Positions 52,490 to 64,000 of a stretch of 64,000 bases of DNA are shown piece after piece. Position numbers and translations under genes: made by a program. The stretch spans positions 31,434,001 to 31,498,000 of the forward strand of contig CM069134.1 in the NCBI GenBank assembly GCA_035221665.1. The letters are read 5' to 3'. This DNA comes from Okamejei kenojei (taxonomy: Eukaryota). The notes under the pieces were generated by a model, which was not told where the DNA came from, did not search any database, and saw nothing but the letters and a program-made list of their open reading frames with translations. Within the stretch, counting starts at the first letter, position 1; each line of letters opens with the position of its first letter.

Positions 52490-53040
52490 TGGGCGGGACG
52501 TGTGGATAATTGACAGGTGTACGGGGGGACATCCCTGCCGGCGAGGCGATGCGGGGAGAGTGACGTGTATGGGCGGGTCCTGCGGGGGATTAACAGTTCA
52601 TGTGGGCGGGGCGTTGCGGCGAGAGTGACGTATATGGGCGGGACCTGCGGGGGATTGACATATCATGTGGACGGGGCGATGCGAGTGACGTGTATGGGCG
52701 GGACCTGCAGGTGATTGACAAAGCATGTGGACTGGGCGACCCGAGTGACGTATATGGGCGGGTCCTGCGGGTGATTGACAAAGCATGTGGACTGGGCGAC
52801 CCGAGTGACGTGTATGGGCGGGACCTGCTTGTGGACGGGGCGACGCGGCGAGAGTGACGTGTGTGGGCGGGTCCTGCGGGTGATTGACATGTAGACTGGG
52901 CGACCCGAGTGACGTGTATGGGCGGGTCTTGCGGGTGATTGACATGTGGACGGGGCGACGCGAGTGACGTGTATGGGCGGGACCTGCATGTGGACGGGGC
53001 GACGCGACGCGAGTGACGTGTGTGGGCGGGGCGAGTGGGC
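52490..53040 (+). promoter_or_regulatory. PRELID3A promoter minisatellite (TGACGT + GGGCGG units)
   Basis: Nine copies of GAGTGACGTRTRTGGGCGGG at 52558, 52623, 52683, 52743, 52803, 52852, 52907, 52962 and 53011, ending about 120 bp before the ATG. Confidence 0.75.
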
Positions 53041-53148
53041 GATGGAAGTGCCGCGGGGGCGTGTGCTGTGATTGACGGGCGGCTCTGTGGGCGGGATGGC
53101 CGCGGCCTCCCAGCGGTGAGGGTCTGGCTCTGTGAGCGTAGCGGCGCC

Positions 53149-53180
53149 ATGAGGGTGTGGAGCTCGGAGCACTCGTTCAG
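53149..53180 (+). CDS. PRELID3A: PRELID3A (SLMO1) exon 1
   Basis: GCCATG Kozak context; encodes MRVWSSEHSF(S); AG/GTGAAG donor; 32 nt; inside a CpG island. Confidence 0.93.
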
Positions 53181-55009
53181 GTGAAGGTAACGCGAGGGGT
53201 GAGGGTCCATGAGGAGAGAGGGTCGCGCTGCAGGGCGATGGTTCTTCTGTCTCAGCCACAGTCTGGGATAGCGGTACTAGTTTCCTGCCCTCACCTTGGT
53301 GCATGGAGACCACGCCGCAAGAAGTCAATGGGTCAAGCAGCAACTGGCATGGTGCATGATCTGCACAAGACATGTCAGCTTACACCTGCCTCCACAGATG
53401 CTGCTTGAGCTGCTGAGCCCCCGACTTTCTGCATCTACAGTCTCTCTGGTGTGAATTGGGTTAAGACATGTGTTAGCCCATCTCGCAAGGGTTGGGATTA
53501 CTCTGTAGTTCTCTAGACCATGTTGTATAGATGTCTCGGGGTTGATCTATTTAGAATAAAGTGCGATGCATGATATCTGCTACAGTAGATTCTGTGTTGA
53601 GAAAGGACTGAATGCGTTTACGTGGGTGGAAAACAACAACTTGTTTTGCAAAGCATTTTAATTGTTTGGTGTATCTCTTTCGCAGCTGTGGCTAATTCAT
53701 TTGGGAAATAGCTTTAAAAATGAGCCTTTTAATGTGTTTTTATAATAGATTCAGGCTGCAGTGCCTGAATGAAGTTCAGTCCTCTATTTTTGTTTTATCA
53801 TTTTAGGTATGTTCCTTGAAATAATGAGAAACGTGATGCCATATTTTATTGTTATGTTGTTGCCACTTCTCTGGCCTCCCCTAGTATTATACAGAATGCC
53901 TTGAACTTAAGAGCAGAGAATATTTAGTAGACAGCGCTATCGTCCTGGGAGCTTAGTGTTTGTTGCAGTTGAATTGGACTATTTGGAACTGTATTTGACC
54001 CCAGAATGTGTTTTGGTTCATCACCAAGATTACCTACTTCAACATCTGTAAACACAGCTGGATGTATCCCTATCTGTCCATCCATGCTTCCATTGCCTTT
54101 AGGATTGACTGGTCCAACTCTCCAAGCCTTCCATCTTCCACCAAATTGATCTCATCCAAAATTACATTACCTCACTCACCAAATACTGGTCACACGTGTC
54201 CACTATCTTCAGGTAGACACAAAATGCTAGAGCAACTCAACGGGTCAGGCAGCATCTCTGGAGAGAAGGAATGGGTGACGTTTCGAGTCGAGACCCTTCT
54301 TCAGTCCACTATCTTCATTCTTGACTTCCAGTCCAATAATTATTTTTAGAACAAGAGTCCCGACCTGAAACCTCACCTATCCATGTTCTCCAGAGATGCT
54401 GCATGACCCGCTCTTATTCCAGCATTTTGTGTCCTTTTTAAAAAAATTATTGTTGTCAGTTTACAACCTTCTGAATGACCTTGATATGATGTGGCACCAT
54501 TCTTAATAACGTGGCACTCAACGTTGATATAAATTGTGGGGAAAATATAATCTTAATGAATTGATATGAATGTTAGGTTTTGGTATAGCGAAAGGAGGAA
54601 TACATTTTTTCTTGCCCTAAACGTTATTCACGCCACTACATTTGTTGTGCACCTGTACACTGCGGATAGCTCGATTGTAATCGTGTATCGTCTTTACGCT
54701 GACTGGTTAGCACGCAACAAATAGCAGGGGGCAATAAACTAAACTCTGAACTTTTTGGAGTTATTTACTGTGCAGTATTGCATTAAACATATCCCTTTTC
54801 CGAGAATATAAAAATTATAATTACTTATAGGGTTTGTGCATTTTAGATTGTTATTGGTTTGTGCAATCGTTTTGAAAGTTTTAAATCATTAAACCCATTG
54901 TCTTTTATGACATTCAATTCTTTTACGCCTACTTTTTTTCCAGTGTGCAACGATGTCAGTTATATGATAGATTTATTAATATCTAATTTTTATAAAACTA
55001 AATGTTTGA

Positions 55010-55240
<231 letters not shown>

Positions 55241-56287
55241 TAGTATTGTTTGTCCAAAATTATTTAACATTTTCATTTTCATAAATATGCATACTTCACA
55301 AAAGTTGTTATTTTGACAATAGGGTCAAGAGTCGGGAGTGGGTTTTCTTTTTTCATACGTTCCAAAACTTAACAAGAAATTCTTACTAGCAGCAGCAGCA
55401 GCAGCATAATAGATTTGTAAACATAGTTCTCAATGGATAATATAATAAATAAACAAAAATAAAACGATGTACCTTTTAGGAAGGAGATGAGGAGAAATGT
55501 ATTTAGTCAAGAGGATGATTAATCTGTGGAATTCATTGCCACAGACTGCTGTGGAGGCCAAGCCAATAGGTATTTTTATGGTGGAGATTGTCAGGATCTT
55601 TATTAGTAAGGATGTCAGGGGTTATGGGAGAAGGCAGGAGAATGGTATTGAGAGGGATAGATAGATCAGCCATGATTGAATGGCAGACTTAATGAGCCAA
55701 ATGGCATAATTCTGGTTACATAACATGAACATTAAAAAAATAAAAAATAATAATAAAATAAGCCTGTGAGGCAGCAACTCTACTGCTGCGCCACTGCCGT
55801 TCATAATTGGCATACTCAATTGGACAAAGGACCTGTTTTCACGCTTTATCTCTAAACTATACTAAACTACTTTGCAGTTAAATTTACTCTTCCCCCCTGG
55901 AAGCTGTCTGTCCAGATGGGGATTTCTAGCATCCATTTCCAGTGGAAATGTCAGTGTGTGCTGAAGAGAAATGCCCTTATTAGGCCCGCATCTCTCTAAT
56001 CCTTTCTTGTCCCTGTACCTGTCCAAATGCATTTTAAATGTTGTTCTAGTACCTGTCTCAACTATCTCCTTTCCCTCTCAGCTTAAATCTATGTTCTCCG
56101 GTTCTTGATTATTTGGGATTTAAAATAACCACAAAGCGTTGGTGTGGAGTCAAATACAGTTTGCTTTCAATGCTTTCATTGCATTCTGAGTTTGGATTCA
56201 ATGTTATTTGACATTTTATAGAATTTAAACAACAGTGCCACAGTGAAGTGTCTTCGCATGATTAACCTCATGATATGTTTTTGCTAG

Positions 56288-56377
56288 ATTCTGGGAACAA
56301 ACAGGACCACAACGTATATTAAAGAAAATTCTGTTGTTGATCCAATTGAACGTACTATGGAACTCTGTTCTTCTAAT
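56288..56377 (+). CDS. PRELID3A: PRELID3A exon 3
   Basis: Encodes [30 protein letters not shown]; TAG/GTAAGT; 90 nt. ILGT.RT and MELCS match the 3A rather than the 3B paralog as recalled. Confidence 0.95.
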
Positions 56378-57248
56378 GTAAGTAAATTGATCTGAAACAG
56401 CTAAGGATTATCTATGGTCACACCTAATGAAGATGGCTATGAGTGTTATCAGCCAGTTGTCAATCCAAGCCTCATTTAATCAATTTGTAGACTGGAGGTG
56501 CATGAGTGCAGATGCTGGAATCAGTGACAAAAAAGGGAGACTAGCTGAATTGAACACAGCAGACAGGCAGCCTCTGTGGAGGGGAAAAGGAGGAACACAG
56601 CAGGTCAGGCAGTCTCTGTGGAGGGGAAAAAGGAGGAACTCAGCAGGTCAGGCAGCCTATTGGGGGGAAATGGAGGACTTCAACTGGCCAGGCAGCATCT
56701 GTGGAGGGAAAATGGCCAGTCTAGGTCTCAGGTAGAGACTTAACCTAGAATGAAAGAGGGAAGGTAGCTTATGCAGAGGTTGGGGAGGGAAGGGACAAGA
56801 GCTAGCAAAGGATGGGTGGATAAAAGTGAGGACAGATTGGAACAGTAGGTAAGTCAGATGGGGCAGGAGTCAGAGGCTTCAATAACATTGGAAGTTATGA
56901 AACTGAACTATTCCCTGTAAAATCTTCAGCTAAAATGCCACACTCAAGTAGTGAAATGTTATTTTGAAAGGGCTGAAGATGGTTCTGCCAAGGATCATTC
57001 CCAAGGGAACATGTGAAGCAATGCCCTTGGGTTCCGATGAATGTGTTACAACATTAAAAGCTTGTTTTTAATTGCATTGGTTAGAACTCAATCCATCTGA
57101 ACCCTGTAATTATAGTTTAGACTGGGTTATGTATTTGGCAAAAAAACAAATTGGGTGATACTTAAGATTATTTTTTTAAAAAACACTCCACAATTAATCT
57201 CCTGCACCCTTATGGAGTTCAAACACGGTACACAGTTGTTTCCAATTG

Positions 57249-60200
57249 TATTTTACTTCGGAGTCACGTGAGTGACTTCGTGAAGACCCCGCCAGCACGC
57301 ATGCGCGACATATCGTCGCTCGCATTTGCAGTCGACAGCTGGAAGGGGGAGTGCGCTCCTCCACCGGCGCTTTAAAAAGGCCCTCGGGTAAGTTATACCA
57401 ACCTTGAGCTGGTTAGTTCCTGTAGGATTTTGTGCTTACGGGAACGATAGAGAAGACTAAAGTAAAGGCATCCAAGCATGCCTCCAAGGGCCGCGGGACT
57501 TCTGACAGGAGTCAGCGTCCGCAATCCCCGGAGCTGCTCGCTACACCGGCAGCACCCGCACCGCGGGCCGGGAAAAGAACGCGGAAGTCGGGGAGCCCAG
57601 TTCAGCGGCAGGACCCGATTCTCCATCACAGCAGGCCAGGGAGCTGCATGCTGGAAGGAGGTCCGCGCGGGAGCAGGGTCGGCAAGACCCTGACTCCCTA
57701 TCGCTTTCACCGGGACACCGGGCCAGTGGAAAGAAGGTGCGTAAAACGGTGCCCCCTTCAACGGTGCCCCCTTCAACGGTGCCCCCTTCAACGGCACGTT
57801 CCATTCCCCTCTGTTACAGGTCACCAGGTGTCATAAATGGACACCTTCCCCCAGCTCAACATGTACCTAACCGGAAATTTGCGCTTTCTCACAAAGAGAA
57901 AGTGGAAGGACATGCGGAATTGTTAAAGCTATACGCCAAGGGGGTAATAAAGAAAACGACACATGAACCTCTTGAGTTTGTATCTAACATCTTTACTAAA
58001 ACCAAAAAAGATGGTGGGTGTATCATAATTGATTTAACCCACTTGAATACTTTTGTACAATATACCCATTTCAAGATGGAGACATTTGAAACGGCTAAGC
58101 AACTGATTTCCAGAGGGTGCTTCATGGCCTGCATCGACCTAAAAGATGCATACTATTCAGTACCTATACGGAAACATCACCGGAAATACTTAAAATTTGT
58201 CTGGATGGGGCAGCTATGGCAATACAAAGCCCTACCTAATGGGTTTACAACAGCTCCTAGGTTATTTACTACAATTCTAAAACCAATATTGGCATTTTTA
58301 AGAAGACAAAACCACATAGTCATGGCATATCTAGATGACATCTTAATTGTGGGAAGGACTTTGGAATTAGCTAAATTAGCAGTAACAGCTACCAAAACAT
58401 TATTTGAGAAACTAGGATTTGTCATCCATCCAGACAAATCTAAGTTCAACCCTTCTGTGGTTATGGACTATCTGGGATTCACAATTAACACCAATCATAT
58501 GAATGTCACTATCCCAGAGAGCAAAGCAACAGACATAATAGAGGCATGTAACAGCCTTGCTTGCGCCAGGAAACCGACTATTAGACATGCTGCTAAGGTG
58601 ATTGGAAAGCTTGTAGCTACATTTCCAGCTGCACAATTTGGCCCATTACATTATCAAAACTTGCAAAGAGCAAAAATCTCAGCATTAAAAGCAAATGCTG
58701 GACATTTTGACAGGCCTATGCAGCTGCCAAATAAGGCGCAAATTGAGCTACAATGGTGGGTTAGCAATGTTTGTGATTGTTTTAAACCCATCATTATATC
58801 AAACCCATCAGTTGTGTTACAAACCGACGCAAGCGCCCAGGCTGGGGAGCTACCGACACTACTTCCAGTTGTGGCGGCAGATGGGATTTGCATGAGTCTA
58901 CTCTTCTTCAATCACAAGGTATAAACTATTTGGAAATGCTGGGAACATTTCACGGGCTGCGGGCTTACTGCACCAATCTGCATCATACGCATGTCCGTCT
59001 TCAAATAGATAATACCACTGTGGTGGCATATTTAAACCATATGGGTGGTATCAAGTCAATATCTTGTGATGAATTGGCAAATTTAATTTGGCTCTGGTGC
59101 ATTGAAATACAATCCGGGTAAGCTCAATACAGTACCAGGTCACGAGTATTCAATGACAACATTCGAGTGGATGTTGAACCCCCAAATATTTGCTAAAATT
59201 ATAGCCAAATATGGAACACCAGATATCGACCTCTTTGCGTCCAGGTTGAACCATCAGATACCAACATATGTCTCTTGGGAACCAGATCCTGGGGCATTGG
59301 CGATGGACGCATTCTTGCTACATTGGGGGAAATGGTTTTTCTACACATTTCCCCCATTCTGCCTCATCAGTCAGGTATTGCAGAAAATTCTACTGGATTC
59401 TGCAACAGGTATACTGATAATACCCGACTGGCCCACACAACCATGGTACGCGGTGGTCCTCAACATGATAAAAGAACCATGGGCACAGGTCACCAAATGC
59501 CCGAATTTGGACACCAATCCCATAACAGGGGAATATCATCCGTGCCATGGTCATCTGAACCTGTTGGCTTGCAGGTTCTGAGGAGACCACTACTGGAATT
59601 CGGGCTGTCATCAAGAACCATGGACATCATAACAGCATCGTGCAGAGAGTCCACAAGGAAGCAGTATCTCACCCACATCAGGAAATGGGAGGCCTTCTGT
59701 AGTCGGACCAAGAGCACCGACAACTCTGCTACGATCTCCAATGTGCTGGAATTTATCGCAGGCCTTCATTATGATGAGGGACTCAGTTACAGTGCCAGGA
59801 GTGCGCTGTCATCCTATCTCAACATTGGAGTGGGATCTCACCAGCTGGTATCCAAATTAATGAGGGGTATATTCAATTCCAACCCCGATATAATATCACC
59901 TGGAATATAGGGGTGGTGTTGATCCTACTCAGGAGCTGGTTGCCTATGACGGGATTACCACTGGACAAACTCACCTTTAAAGAGGTGATGTTAATGGCAC
60001 TGACCACTGCACAACGGGTCCAGACTCTACAGAAACTGAAAATGGATAGAATGGTCTCGACCCCCAATAAAGTGACTTTCTTTATAGATGAGTTGCTTAA
60101 ACAGCACAGACCTGGGACTACAGGACTGAAATTGGAATTTCCAGCATATCCCGTTGATGTAAGACTTTGTATAGCCATCCATATCTGACATTATATTAAT

Positions 60201-61011
60201 GTCACACACACCATCAGGAATATGGAGACGGGTCTGTTTATCAGCCATAAGAACCCACATCACAGGGTGACGGTGCAGACTATCTCCAGGTGGCTCAGGG
60301 TGGTATTGGGTGCAGCAGATATAGACACTAACATTTTTAAATCTCATTCTACCAGGGCTGCATCCACATCAGCGGCGGAGGACCATGGAGGTACCCATGG
60401 ATCATGTCCTCGAAACAGCGGGCTGGGCCAGTGAAACTACATTTCAGAGGTTTTATAATAAGCCTGTGGCCACTCCCGCAACGTTTGCGGAGTCAGTTTT
60501 AAGTGCTGTTCCCTAAACGTTTATCCCTGAGTTAGGGGTTTATTGTTTGTATTAATAAATACGTTATTTTTCAGCTTGTTCAAGTCTGAAATATGTTAAC
60601 ATACTTCCTCCATCAGTAATTACGGCAGTGTGTGAGCATGGACGTGGTCCAGGGCATGGAATCACAGAGCTTTGAAATCTTCATGAAGTCACTCGCGTGA
60701 CTCCGAAGTAAAATAGTAAGATTAAATGAGAACTTACCAGTTTGAAGTTTGATCCTTATTTTATGAGGAGTTACAATGAGGTATTTCGTGCCCTCCGCTC
60801 CCAACCCTCTACTATAAGGTCAACTGGTATATAGAGTCTCTTAAATCTTACTATCTTCAGTCATTGTTGTTATCTGTGATTCCACACCGCTGCTTTGAAG
60901 AATGTCGCGCATGCGTGCTGGCGGGGTCTTCACGAAATCCCTCATCGTAACTCCTCATAAAATAAGGATCAAACTTCAAACTGGTAAGTTCTCATTTAAT
61001 CTTACTATTTT
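57249..61011 (+). mobile_element. DIRS1-type tyrosine-recombinase retrotransposon
   Basis: RT (IDLKDAY, LPNG, YLDD), RNase H (TDAS, IDNTTVV), methyltransferase-like domain (IDLFAS, FPPF) and YR (HSTRAASTS, AGW, FY). Left ITR 57249-57311, ICR 60678-60790, right ITR plus extension 60902-61011. Confidence 0.95.
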
Positions 61012-61883
61012 AGTTTAGAGATACAGCAAGTAGGTCCTGCAGGTCCGCGCTGACCTATGATCACCCGTTCACACTAGTTCCATCCTACACACTAGGGACA
61101 ATTTACGGAACCCAATTAATTAACGAACCGCATGTTTTTGAAACGTGGGAGCAAACCGCAGCACCCGGAGAAAGCCCACGCGGTCACTGGGAGAATGTAC
61201 AAACTCCGTACCAACAGCACCCATAGTCAGGATCGAACCCGGGTCTCCGGCGCTGTAAGGCAGTAACTCTACCGCTGCGCCACCCCTAATTTTAATACAG
61301 ATTCCCAAACTTATTTTACGAGGGAGGAGAATTTTTATTGGCTATTACCCACCTTGCTTTAGCCCTGATTAAGGAGGACATAGAACAATTCCATTCTTTA
61401 ATCATGTTGTCATAGAGTGTGATAGCGTGAAAACAGGTCCGTTGGCCCAACATGTTCATGAGGATCAAGTTGCCCATCTAAGTTAGTCCCATTTGCCCGC
61501 ATTGTAGAAAGCTTCAAAAACCATTTGATTACCCAGAGCCCATTGTATCAATGTGTCTAAAACTATAAAGTGGTTAGGATCTCCTGTGCAGTTCCTCTTG
61601 CCCAGTAATTCTAAGAAGATGGAAGGTATGAATGCCTCTTCTTTCTTCACCATAGTGATCATTTACACCAAATACTCCTTCCCAATACTGGCGGAACATC
61701 ATGCCAGGAGTGCGTTTCTCACTAACTGATTTTATTGAGCACTAGCCACTAAGTTGAGTCGGATACTTTAATGTTTGAACAAAACTTGTTTTGCTGTTAC
61801 AATTTTTACAATTGACGCTGAAAAAAAAGTTTAGATTCTGTGATTGAGAATATACAATGTTAATCCAATGTATCTTTTTGCAG

Positions 61884-61954
61884 TTAACTCTTACTAATTT
61901 GGTGTCAGTAGATGAAAGACTGATCTATCGACCACATCCCGAGAATCCAGAAAA
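61884..61954 (+). CDS. PRELID3A: PRELID3A exon 4
   Basis: Encodes [23 protein letters not shown](K); CAG/GTGAG; 71 nt. Confidence 0.95.
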
Positions 61955-63801
61955 GTGAGCTGAATTAAGGATTTTACATATATTTTTGTGATATAATTAT
62001 ATTTTAATTATTATTTTTGGATGACTATTGGTATTTTGCCAATCTAAAGAAACAACATGTTGTTTAGTTTAGAGATACAGCATGGAAACAGCCCCTTCAC
62101 CCATCGAGTGCGCTGACCAGCGATCCCCGCACACAAATACTATCGTACACACTAGGGACAATTTACCAAAGCCAATTAACCTACAAACCTGTATGTCTTT
62201 TTTAATGTGGGAGGATACCGGAGCACCTGGAGAAAACCCACTTGGTCACGGGGAGAACGTACAAATTTCATACAGACAGCACCCGCAGTCGGGATCAAAC
62301 CCGGGTCTCTGGTGCTGTAAGACAGCAACTCTACCATTGCGCAAAAGTGCAGTCCCTATAATTTAACGATTGATGTGAAGCAATTTATATTAGTTATTGG
62401 CCCAGATTTTGCTGTCAGCAGCAAAAGAACAGCAATCATTGTTCACTCTACTGACAACTGCTCATATACGTTCAAAGTTTCAAAGGTACTTTGTTGTCAC
62501 ATATACTGAAGTACGGTGAAATTCATTTTTATATACAGTTCAGTACAACTATCACTATATATGTCTGAAGAAGGGTCTCGACCCAAAATGTCACCCATTC
62601 CTTCTATCCAGAGATGCCATTCCCACTGAGTTACTCCAGTGTTTTGTGTCTATCTTCGGTGTAAACCAGCATCTGCAGTTCCTTCCTACACTATACATAA
62701 GCAGTTAGATACAGTACAGGTGTATAGCAATAATACACTGAGCCATATACAGAGTCGCCAGATTTGGCGCCATTTTCAAATCCCAGTTGTTGTCAGTGCA
62801 TGGTTCTTGATCTGATCCATTAGGCCCATTGTCCTAGCGGTGTTGCAGGGTTGGCCTGGCTAAGTGGAGCCATGGTATCCTCCTTTATTGGGAACCTTTG
62901 AGCAAAGATTCATCAGATGTTTAGATAGACACAAAGCTGGAGTAAATCAGCGGGTCTGATAGTATCTCTGGAGAAAAGGAATAGACATTTCAGGTCGAGA
63001 AGATGCGTGATCCACATCAGCACCCTCAGTGGGATGCATGATGTACATCAGCTGGAAAGCAAAAAGGATGTTCTTCAATTCATCAGATTCAAGAATCTTC
63101 ATTGGAATTCACAATTTCTTTGTCATGGAACACAGAAAATAGGAAGTGTATATTAAATTTAGATTATGCACTAGAAAGCAAAATAAGATGAGGGAAATGG
63201 AATTCAGACAGTTTAAATTCAAATTGAATTTGGACAAATTAAAACAAAACCTCCAACGCCCCAATATAAATGATTCTGTGCAAGAATGAAACGCCATATT
63301 TGTAAGTTTTCTCAGCCATAGAGGTTATTTGGCATTTACTTTAACTGATCACAGTATAAGTGCGGCACAGTGGCGCAGCGGTAGAGTTGCTGCCTTAACA
63401 ATGCCAGAGGCTCGGGTTCGATACTGACTCTGGTGACTGTCTGTATTGAGTTTGTACCTTCTCCCTGTGACCAAATAGGGTTTTCTCTGGGTGCTCTGGT
63501 TTTCTCCCACATTCCAAAGACTTAACTAATGGACATCTGAGTGACCACGCTTTTTTGGTTACTTTAAATAGCTGATTAATGGATATTTGCCAGAACTTCA
63601 TAACCATAAGAATGTTCAATGTTTAATCTGTCGGTGCTATTGTAGTGCACCCTCTAGAAAAACAAGACTTTGGAATTTATCATTGATAAACTGTAAAACA
63701 TGTTTCAGCTTATTCAGCCAAATTATTTAAAAGCGTGAATGTTTCAATTTAATCAGAATTATATAACCAAAGATTAGTTTACTTGACCAAGTTTGAAGTA
63801 A

Positions 63802-63981
<180 letters not shown>

Positions 63982-64000
63982 TAACTATTCCTAATAGGAA

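Noticed and set aside
52590-53373. Minus-strand ORFs of 115-236 aa
   Set aside because: They are translations of the promoter minisatellite and CpG island.
59102-59581. DNA adenine methyltransferase-like motif as a possible horizontally acquired gene
   Set aside because: The MT-like domain is a standard part of the DIRS1 pol region.

Overview
This is vertebrate genomic DNA, most likely from a cartilaginous fish such as a skate or ray, inferred from HE1/V-SINE-like tRNA SINEs and abundant CR1 and Penelope-derived repeats. Two nuclear genes for mitochondrial proteins lie head-to-head. AFG3L2 (minus strand) has exons 2-11 cleanly recoverable and a frame-disrupted exon 1 candidate at about 44.73-44.83 kb; it continues off the left edge. 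PRELID3A/SLMO1 (plus strand) has exons 1-5 and continues off the right edge. The introns are dense with mobile DNA: CR1, Rex1/Babar and Penelope fragments, a full-length L1 with a 16-bp TSD, a rearranged Gypsy cut by a Tc1, a PIF/Harbinger MITE, three solo LTRs and a DIRS1-type element with intact ITR/ICR ends. The least explained part is the 8-kb intergenic region. It holds G-rich satellites, a solo LTR aimed at AFG3L2, a CpG island with CRE motifs at exact 28-bp spacing ahead of a 48-aa Cys-rich transmembrane micro-ORF, and a PRELID3A promoter built from nine tandem TGACGT + GC-box units. Many Penelope-derived repeats carry minimal hammerhead-ribozyme cores. All calls were made by eye; no database searches were run.
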